Below, one piece after another: positions 57,050 through 64,000 of a DNA stretch of 64,000 bases; the first letter of the stretch is position 1, and each line of letters starts with the position of its first letter. The notes beneath the pieces were generated by a model that was not told the origin of the DNA, made no database searches, and saw only the letters and a list, made by a program, of their open reading frames with translations. The position numbers and the translations under genes were made by a program. The stretch is taken from NCBI GenBank assembly GCA_963843575.1, contig CAWJKZ010000018.1, positions 32,001 through 96,000 on the forward strand. The letters run 5' to 3'. The DNA comes from an uncultured Acidobacteriota bacterium (lineage in GTDB: Bacteria; Acidobacteriota; UBA6911).

Positions 57050-58720
57050 TCATGGGGCGGCCCGGTAGGTTTCCTTCCCATTCACGACGGTGAGGAGCAC
57101 GCGTGCTTTCAGGATGCGCTCCGGCGGCGGCGCGAGGATGTCATCCGAGAGGACCACGAAATCCGCTGCCTTGCCCGCCTCGAGCCTGCCCTTGAACGCT
57201 TCATCGAATGAGGCGTACGCGGCGTCGCGCGTGAAGTGGCGCAACGCCGCCTCCGCGGAAATGCGACCCTGCGGTTCCCACCCTCCTGCCGGACTCCCCT
57301 GGGGCGTCATGCGGGTCACGGCGGCATAGATCCCTTTCAAGACGTCGAACGAGAAGACCGGCCAGTCGCTCCCGAAGGCCTGGACGGCACCCGCATCGTC
57401 GAAGAGCCTGAAGGAGTCCGCGACAGCGGCCCTGGCGGGGCCCAGCACCCGGGCGAAGTTCTCCAGCGTGGTCTGGTCGGGGTTGGCGAATATGGCCTGC
57501 GTCGAGGCCACGACCCCCAGGGCCTGGAACCGGGGAAGGTCCGCCCTGTCGGGTACTTCGATGTGCTCCAGCCGGTGGCGCCGGCCCGAGGTCCTGTTGA
57601 GCTTCGCCGCGTTTTCAAAGGCGTCGAGGGAAACGCGGATCGCGAGGTCGCCGATGGCGTGCAACATGATCTGAAACCCCTCGCGGTCGTAGATTGCGAC
57701 GGCGCGGTTCAGTTCCGCGGGCGACCACAACAGGAGCCCCTTGCCGCCGGTCGTGTACGGCTCGACCATGGCTGCCGTCTTCGCGTCGACGGTCCCGTCC
57801 ACCAGCCCTTTTACGGGGCCGAAGCGGAAGAAGCGACCGGAGTGTTCCGACACGAGCTGCTTGTAGCGCGCCAGGTGTTCCGGCGAAGGGTTCTTGACCA
57901 TCATGAGGGCCGAGTAGAAGCGTATCTTCGGGTCGCCCTCCCGCAGCCACCGCTCGTGGACCGGCAGGTCCTCGAGGTCGAAACCGGCATTTTGGACCGA
58001 GGTCAGGCCGCAGGACGCCGCGAGGTCCACGGCCCTCCTGAGCGCGTCGTATTTCTGCCCGGCGGCAGGGGGCGGCACCAGTCTTTCCACCAGGTTCATG
58101 GCCCCTTCCTTGAGCAGGCCCGTCGGCTCGCCGCTGGTGTCCCGTTCGATGACGCCGCCTGGCGGATCCTGTGCCGTCCTGGTAATGCCGGCTGCCGCGA
58201 GCGCCCGGGAGTTGGCCAACACCGTGTGCCCGTCGCGGTCCGTCATCAGCGCCGGCCGATCGGACACGGTGGCGTCGAGAAGCTTACGATGAGGCACCGC
58301 TCCAGGGAAGTCGCTGAAAGCCCAGCCTCGCCCCACGATCCATATGGCGTCCGGGTGATTGCGCGCATAGGCGGCGACGCGCCTCTGAATTTCGCCGACG
58401 TTGCCGGCATCCACGAGGTCGACCTTGTCGAGGCTGAGCGCGCCTTCCATGAAATGGAGGTGGGCGTCGATGAAACCCGGAGCGACGAAACGACCTTTCA
58501 GGTCGACGATCTGCGTGCGGCGGCCGGAGAGTTTCCTGATCTCGTCGTTGGTCCCCGCCGCGAGGATGCTGGGACCTCTCGTCGCAATCGCCTCGGCTCG
58601 CGGGCGGCCGTCCACCCCGGTCCAGATGTTCCCGTTGATGTAGATCCGGTCCGCGACGTCCGCAGCCGGGGCAGAGACCCGGAGGAGGCACGCGATCAGA
58701 ATCAGTGACATGTGTCTCAT
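57050..58720 (-). CDS. Amidohydrolase (YtcJ-like, Amidohydro_3), secreted
   Basis: PGFIDAHLH, DGH, TG.LKE, K.LVDG, HAIGD, HRLEHIE, FGSDWPV, GK.ADFVVL. Confidence 0.93.
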   Translation of the reverse strand: MRHMSLILIACLLRVSAPAADVADRIYINGNIWTGVDGRPRAEAIATRGPSILAAGTNDEIRKLSGRRTQIVDLKGRFVAPGFIDAHLHFMEGALSLDKVDLVDAGNVGEIQRRVAAYARNHPDAIWIVGRGWAFSDFPGAVPHRKLLDATVSDRPALMTDRDGHTVLANSRALAAAGITRTAQDPPGGVIERDTSGEPTGLLKEGAMNLVERLVPPPAAGQKYDALRRAVDLAASCGLTSVQNAGFDLEDLPVHERWLREGDPKIRFYSALMMVKNPSPEHLARYKQLVSEHSGRFFRFGPVKGLVDGTVDAKTAAMVEPYTTGGKGLLLWSPAELNRAVAIYDREGFQIMLHAIGDLAIRVSLDAFENAAKLNRTSGRRHRLEHIEVPDRADLPRFQALGVVASTQAIFANPDQTTLENFARVLGPARAAVADSFRLFDDAGAVQAFGSDWPVFSFDVLKGIYAAVTRMTPQGSPAGGWEPQGRISAEAALRHFTRDAAYASFDEAFKGRLEAGKAADFVVLSDDILAPPPERILKARVLLTVVNGKETYRAAP

Positions 58721-58845
58721 CTGTGGCTCCCCTGTTTGGATGATAGGTTATCATGCCGACGCTTACCCGATGCCGCGACGGCCGCGGGAGAAAGCACAAA
58801 AGGCTTACGGCATCCTGGCCGCGGTCTCGCTCGCGCTTGGCGCAA

Positions 58846-58933
58846 GCAGATTCCGCGGATCCAACGGATTCACGCGGATCGACCGCGGCCTGTCGCCAGG
58901 TCGATCCGTGGGGATCCGCGCGCATCCGCGTCC
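58846..58933 (+). repeat. REP-like repeat family A copy
   Basis: GCAGATTCCGCGGATCCAACGGATTCACGCGGATCGACCGCGGCCTGTCGCCAGGTCGATCCGTGGGGATCCGCGCGCATCCGCGTCC, nearly identical to the copy at 46864-46951. Confidence 0.85.
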
Positions 58934-58974
58934 AAGCAAGCAACGATAGGAGATTGCTATTAGCGGAGCCGTCA

Positions 58975-59038
58975 GCCCTCCGGGGCGCGGCGGCTGACGG
59001 GCATCTGCGGCGTTGCCGCTCCTCGACGATGTCACCAC
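58975..59038 (+). repeat. Dispersed repeat family B (partial copy)
   Basis: Matches 6767-6830 and overlaps the hairpin CCGTCAGCC...GGCTGACGG. Confidence 0.75.
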
Positions 59039-59134
59039 AAAAAGGGGTGCCGGGACGGGGGACTTCGCAAGCCGGCCACGGAACACGAGATCTTCAGCGT
59101 CTTCCGTGGCTGGCTTTTTTCGGCTACTCACGGT

Positions 59135-59908
59135 CTACATCGCGAATTCATCTTTGAACCGCATGTCCTTGGGGTTCATCTTGATGAAGATGTTGTATTT
59201 CTGCTTCTGACCACGGATTTCCGGAGTGAATTCGCTTCTGAGGGTTATCGATTTTTCCGACCCGGTGAACATCGGCTCCCCGCTGCTGTCGAAACGGGGG
59301 AACACGAACACGGGATTGCTGCGGCTCTGGTCGGGTGGCAGGAAGTTCGTCAGTGAGATGTTTTCCCTTTTTCCCCCCTCGATGTACGTCGAGGTGCGGA
59401 AGTCGGCCAGGGTCGCGTGCATGAAGTAGCTGTGGATGTCGTGCACCGACGCGGATCCCGGCGGCACCGTACGGTACGAGATCTGGATCACGATGTCCTT
59501 GACCGCCGGCGCATTGACGTTGGCCAGTACCTGGTCGCGCACGGTTGCGTCGGACGGCTTCGCCAGGAGCTGGAGCTGCCCGAAAGCCATGCGGACTGGC
59601 CGGGCCGCGAGGAGCCGGAACTCGAAGAGAATCATGTTCGACGACTCGCCAAAGGAGGGTTGCGACGAGGCACGCTGCGCGGCCAACCCGCCCTCGGGGA
59701 AGTTCTGCGCCGAGCCCCGCGCATTCATGAGCGGCGGCAGGTCCCCAAAGGCGTTGGAATACGTCCAGGGGGACTTCGTCAGCAGTTCCTTGCACTCCTT
59801 CTCGCTCCAGGAACTGAATTCCTTGGTATCCCAGAACTTGGCCGCATACAAAGGGACGGCCACACCCAGCAGAACCAGAAACACTGTCTTCAGAGCTGAA
59901 GGCCTCAT
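59135..59908 (-). CDS. Secreted hypothetical protein
   Basis: Signal peptide, FWDTKEFSSWS...LLTKSPW, FVFPR, C-terminal MNPKDMRFKDE. RBS GGGAG. Confidence 0.82.
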   Translation of the reverse strand: MRPSALKTVFLVLLGVAVPLYAAKFWDTKEFSSWSEKECKELLTKSPWTYSNAFGDLPPLMNARGSAQNFPEGGLAAQRASSQPSFGESSNMILFEFRLLAARPVRMAFGQLQLLAKPSDATVRDQVLANVNAPAVKDIVIQISYRTVPPGSASVHDIHSYFMHATLADFRTSTYIEGGKRENISLTNFLPPDQSRSNPVFVFPRFDSSGEPMFTGSEKSITLRSEFTPEIRGQKQKYNIFIKMNPKDMRFKDEFAM

Positions 59909-60173
59909 AATCTACTCCCAGTCGCTTTGAAAAATGCAGACGCGTGAACGACAATATTACACCCGATTCGTGCCCGGAGGCTCAGCGATGAAAGCGGGCG
60001 GGAGCGGCCCGCACCTGATCCACGGGGCCGCGTCGAGCCGCCGCGGTCCGCCGCGGCTTCGGAGGGTCCATGCGTTCTGTTGAAGCGCCAGGCATGCTGT
60101 TTGGTGTAGGATCGCGGTCACGAGGGCCTGGATTACGACTGGATTGGCGCGAAGTCAGACCGAGAGGTGAATA

Positions 60174-61397
60174 TTGCAGACTATCGCCGAAAAACCCCTG
60201 CTTACCCCGACAAGTCCTGGCACGACCGGAGCGCTCCCCCGAAACACGGCGGTGGACGCATACCGCGGTTTCGTGATGTTCCTGATGATGGCAGAAGTGT
60301 TGCGACTGGCGCAGGTGGCGCGCGGCTTTGAAGGGAACTGGTTCTGGCAATTCCTCGCGTTCAACCAGAGCCACGTGCCGTGGGCCGGCTGCTCCCTGCA
60401 CGACACCATCCAGCCGTCCTTCTCGTTCCTGGTCGGCGTGGCGCTGCCGTATTCGATCGCAAGCCGGCTCGCGAAGGGCTCTACCTTCGGCCGGATGTTG
60501 TTTCACACGCTCTGGCGCTCGCTCCTGCTCGTTGCCCTCGGCATTTTCCTGAGGTCCCAGCGCGGCCCGATCACGAACTTCACGTTCGAAGATACGCTCA
60601 CCCAGATCGGGTTGGGCTACACTTTCCTGTTTCTGCTCGGTTTCGTGCGGGCGCGCTGGCAATGGGTCGCGCTGACTGTGATTCTGACAGGCTACTGGCT
60701 GGCGTGGGCTGTGTACCCGCTGCCGGGCCCCGGTTTTGACTACCAGACCGTGGGTGTGCCGCCGGACTGGACGCACAATTACCCCGGGCTGGCGGCGCAC
60801 TGGAACAAGAACGCGAACCTGGGACTTGCGTTCGACCAGTGGTTCCTGAACCTTTTCCCCCGGACCAGGCCTTTCGTCTTCAACGGCGGTGGATACCTGA
60901 CCCTCAGCTTCATCCCGACATTGGGCACCATGATCCTCGGCCTGGTCGCGGGTCGCTGGCTGCGCGCGGCGGCGCCCCGGATGCCCTTCAGGAACCTGCT
61001 CGTCGCGGCAGGGGCGGGGCTGGCGGCGGGCGGGCTCCTGCACTTTGCCGGTCTCTGCCCCGTCGTCAAGCGCATCTGGACACCATCGTGGACGCTGTTC
61101 AGCGGCGGCATCTGCTTCTTGTTCCTCGCCGCCTTCTGCTGGGTCATCGAGGTCAAGAAGTACAAGAAGTGGGCGTTTCCCCTCATCGTGATCGGGATGA
61201 ACTCGATTGCCGCGTATTTCCTGGCGGACTATTTCGGCCGCCAGATTTCCGATGCTTTCCGCATCCACCTCGGGGCCGCCCCGTTCCAGATCTTCGGGGC
61301 CCGGCTCGAACTCCTGACGCGCGGTGCCGTGCAGCTCGGGGTCTATTGGTCGATCCTGCTCTGGATGTACCGGCGAAAGATTTTCCTGCGCATCTGA
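60174..61397 (+). CDS. HGSNAT/NagX-like membrane acyltransferase (DUF5009-type)
   Basis: AVDAYRG.VM, HVPW.GC.LHD.IQP.F.FLVG, PVVKRIWTPSW, IGMNSI, C-terminal RRKIFLRI; multi-TM. Confidence 0.9.
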   Translation: MQTIAEKPLLTPTSPGTTGALPRNTAVDAYRGFVMFLMMAEVLRLAQVARGFEGNWFWQFLAFNQSHVPWAGCSLHDTIQPSFSFLVGVALPYSIASRLAKGSTFGRMLFHTLWRSLLLVALGIFLRSQRGPITNFTFEDTLTQIGLGYTFLFLLGFVRARWQWVALTVILTGYWLAWAVYPLPGPGFDYQTVGVPPDWTHNYPGLAAHWNKNANLGLAFDQWFLNLFPRTRPFVFNGGGYLTLSFIPTLGTMILGLVAGRWLRAAAPRMPFRNLLVAAGAGLAAGGLLHFAGLCPVVKRIWTPSWTLFSGGICFLFLAAFCWVIEVKKYKKWAFPLIVIGMNSIAAYFLADYFGRQISDAFRIHLGAAPFQIFGARLELLTRGAVQLGVYWSILLWMYRRKIFLRI

Positions 61398-61458
61398 CCA
61401 GCCGAAGAGGCAAGGCTCGAGGAACTCGAAGAATGTCGAAGCAAGAGGAGACAGGGTT

Positions 61459-62899
61459 ATGACAGCCATCAATCGCCGCTCTTTCGTCAAAAGCTCATTC
61501 CTGGCCACCGCGGGGGCGGGTTTCTCCGCGCTTTCCCGGGACCGGGTCCTGGGAGCCAACGGGGATGTGCGCCTCGCCGTGGTCGGTTTCAACGGCCAGG
61601 GGGCAAGCCATATCCGGGGATTTCAGAAGGTGCCCGGGGTAAGGCTGGTCGCACTGTGCGATGTCGACAAGGACGTCCTGGACAAGCAGGTTTCGGGTCT
61701 GCGCAACGGCGGCATCTCCGTCACCCCCTACACCGACGTCCGCAAGCTGCTCGACAGCAAGGAGGTCGATGCCATCACCACGGCGACGCCGAATCACTGG
61801 CACGCCCTGGTGACGGTCTGGGCCTGCCAGGCCGGCAAGGACGTCTACGTCGAAAAGCCCGTCTCGCACGAGGTGTGGGAAGGCCGCAAGATGGTCGAGG
61901 CGGCGCGCAAGTACAACCGCATCGTCCAGACCGGGACACAGAGCCGCTCGAACCCGGCGTACCGGGAGGCTATCGCCTGGGTTGCCGCCGGCAACCTCGG
62001 CAAGATCAAGGTCGCACGCGGCCTGTGCTACAAGCGGCGGAAGAGCATCGGCAAGGTGAGCGCTCCTCAACCCGTCCCCGCGTCGATCGACTACGACCTC
62101 TGGTGCGGTCCGGCCCCGAAGGGCCCGCTGATGCGCGAACGGCTGCACTACGACTGGCACTGGGTCTGGCCGACCGGAAACGGCGACCTCGGCAACCAGG
62201 GCATTCACCAGATGGACATCGCGCGCTGGGCGCTCGGCAAGAACTCGCTGTCGCCGCGGGTGTTGAGCGTCGGAGGGCGTCTGGGCTACATCGACGACGG
62301 GGAAACGCCCAACACCCAGTTCATCGTGCACGATTACGGCGACTCGCTTCTGATTTTCGAGGTGCGCGGGCTGCCCGCGAAGGCGGGCGACGAGACCATG
62401 GACAAGTACCGCGGCCAGTCGGTGGGCGACGTGATCGAGTGCGAACACGGCTACCTGGCAGGCACCGTCGCGTATGACCAGCGCGGGCAAGGAGGTCAAG
62501 AAGTTCACCAGGGATGCGGACGACGACGAGGGGCATCACGGCAATTTCATCAAGGCGGTGCGCAGCCGCAAGGTCAGCGACCTGAATGCCGACATCCTGG
62601 AAGGCCACCTTTCCAGCGCGCTCTGTCACACGGGCAACATCTCGTACCGGCTGGGGAAACAATCCCACCCGGCGGAGATCAGAGAAGCCATCAAGGGAGA
62701 CAAGGAGGCGCTCGAAACCTACGAGCGCTTCAAGGAACACCTGGCGGCCAACGGCATCGATCCCGAAAAGACGCCGGCCACGCTGGGCGTGTTCCTCAAG
62801 ATGGATCCGAAGACGGAGAAGTTTATCGGCAACCCCAAGGCCGACGGGTTGCTGCGGCGCGAATACCGGCACCCCTTCGTCCTGCCCGACAAGATTTGA
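61459..62899 (+). CDS. Gfo/Idh/MocA oxidoreductase, Tat-exported, one frameshift near 62478
   Basis: NRRSFVK leader, TPNHWH, DVYVEKP, HYDWHW, GNQGIHQMD. The C-terminus (HHGNFIKAVRSR...RREYRHPF) is in ORF 62474-62899. Confidence 0.92.
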
Positions 62900-62903
62900 G
62901 CAG

Positions 62904-62934
62904 CGTGGGCGGGGACGGTTCGGCCCCGCCCACG
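62904..62934. terminator. Strong GC hairpin after the oxidoreductase (no U-tract; terminator or mRNA-stabilising stem)
   Basis: CGTGGGCGGGG-N9-CCCCGCCCACG perfect 11-bp stem. Confidence 0.45.
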
Positions 62935-63013
62935 GGTGTGCTGGCCCCTGGAAATCACGAACCGGGGCTGCGGCCGACCGTCGCGGCCCACTATCTCTTT
63001 CATGCCGGACGCC

Positions 63014-64000
63014 ATGAACAGAAGCTGTTTCAGCGGTGTGTCTCTCGTCGTGCTCGCTGTGGCGCTGGGAACGGTCCGCGCGGAGCCGGTCCGGGCCGCT
63101 GAGCCGGCGGCTAATCCGGCCGTGATCCCCCTCCAGCTTCAGACGCCCACACGCGGCGTGACACTCACCGGGGGCGTGCTGAAGCGGGTGTTCGACCAGA
63201 ACGTCGCCTATCTGGTCAACAACTTCGCCGAGGACGACCTCCTGTACGTTTTCCGCGAGCGCGCCGGAATGCAGCAGCCCCCGGGGAAGCCGTTTGGCTG
63301 GGACAAGGGCGGCCCCCGAGTGACGGGCTCGGTGGCGGGGCTGTTCCTCATGGGGAGCGGCAACGCCCTGCGCTGGGAGCAGAACGGGAAGCTCAGGGCG
63401 CGGATGAATGCGCTCGTTGCGGGGATGGCCGCCTGCAAGCAGCCCAACGGCTTCATCATGGCTTACCCGGAGAAGGAAACCGGGTTGCGCGAGAACGCCA
63501 ACTACGTCCGCTCCTGGATTACCCACGGGCTCGTCGACGCTGCCCTGGCAGGCAACACCGACGCCCTCCCGCTGATCCGCGGCCACCTCGACTGGTTCAA
63601 CCGGTGCGAGTACCTGCCCCAGGTCGTGGACAGGAACCGAGGCTATATCGCCGATCACTGGATACCCTACCAGGGCATGATCTCCTCGACCCGCATGTAC
63701 CTGTCTCCGCTCGGCCGGCTGGACGACCTGAGCCTCATCCTGAACCACTACCAGGAGGATTGGTGGCTCGCGCAGCTGTTGGCCAGAGACGACAAGGCCA
63801 TCTATGACCGCCCGGAATCCCACTGCTACGAGATCACCGCCTTCGAGGCCTATCTGGATCTGTACCGGATAACCGGGGAGATGAAGTACCTGCAAGCGGT
63901 CCTCAACGCCTGGACTATGCTGCGCGACAAGTGGCAAATGCCGGGAGGCTCGTGGGCCCTGTGCGAGCGGCGGCGCTACCCGCCGAAATCCTACCAGATG
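63014..64000 (+). CDS. Glycoside hydrolase GH127/GH146-like (beta-L-arabinofuranosidase family), 3'-truncated by the window edge
   Basis: Open frame from ATG 63014 to the end. Signal peptide, DDLLYVFRERAG, GWD...GLFLMG, CKQPNGF, HGLVDA, HCYE...YLDLYRITGE.KYL.AV.NAW. Confidence 0.82.
   Translation, partial: MNRSCFSGVSLVVLAVALGTVRAEPVRAAEPAANPAVIPLQLQTPTRGVTLTGGVLKRVFDQNVAYLVNNFAEDDLLYVFRERAGMQQPPGKPFGWDKGGPRVTGSVAGLFLMGSGNALRWEQNGKLRARMNALVAGMAACKQPNGFIMAYPEKETGLRENANYVRSWITHGLVDAALAGNTDALPLIRGHLDWFNRCEYLPQVVDRNRGYIADHWIPYQGMISSTRMYLSPLGRLDDLSLILNHYQEDWWLAQLLARDDKAIYDRPESHCYEITAFEAYLDLYRITGEMKYLQAVLNAWTMLRDKWQMPGGSWALCERRRYPPKSYQM

Noticed and set aside
61324-63102. 592-aa ORF as a single long oxidoreductase
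   Set aside because: After about 62478 it is out-of-frame read-through. The true C-terminus is in the 62474-62899 frame.
59982-63937. Long minus-strand ORFs 59982-61592 and 62321-63937
   Set aside because: Antisense shadows of the acyltransferase, oxidoreductase and GH127-like genes.

Overview
GC-rich bacterial DNA, probably Acidobacteriota. Supporting signs are an Oar-type TonB-dependent receptor, an ADOP-permease C-terminal remnant and many Tat-exported carbohydrate enzymes. No rRNA, tRNA or CRISPR array is visible. The window has three parts. (1) About 2-21.9 kb is a lipid-biosynthesis island. Its core is an iterative type I PKS/FAS with two N-terminal FabK/PfaD-like enoyl-reductase domains (ER'-ER-KS-AT-ACP-KR-DH), an Sfp-type PPTase, a GNAT of the bacterial ceramide synthase family and a divergent extended SDR. 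Around these lie a GT21/HpnI-like glycosyltransferase, a GT4, a PIG-L deacetylase, two radical SAM enzymes and an orphan TatP/DctP. A tyrosine-integrase remnant marks the right edge. This island is the best candidate for an undescribed system: a PKS-fed, radical-SAM-modified glyco-ceramide-like or N-acyl lipid pathway. (2) 35.2-38 kb is a cysM-mec-[MoaD/CysO-MoeB-rhodanese fusion] sulfur-carrier operon. (3) The rest is mostly secreted or Tat-exported glycan-use genes (GH30, GH36, GH127-like, DUF1080, Gfo/Idh/MocA, TonB receptor), separated by REP-like repeats and many short gene-end scars. Five genes carry frameshifts that may be sequencing indels. All family calls come from motif recognition by eye; no database search was run.
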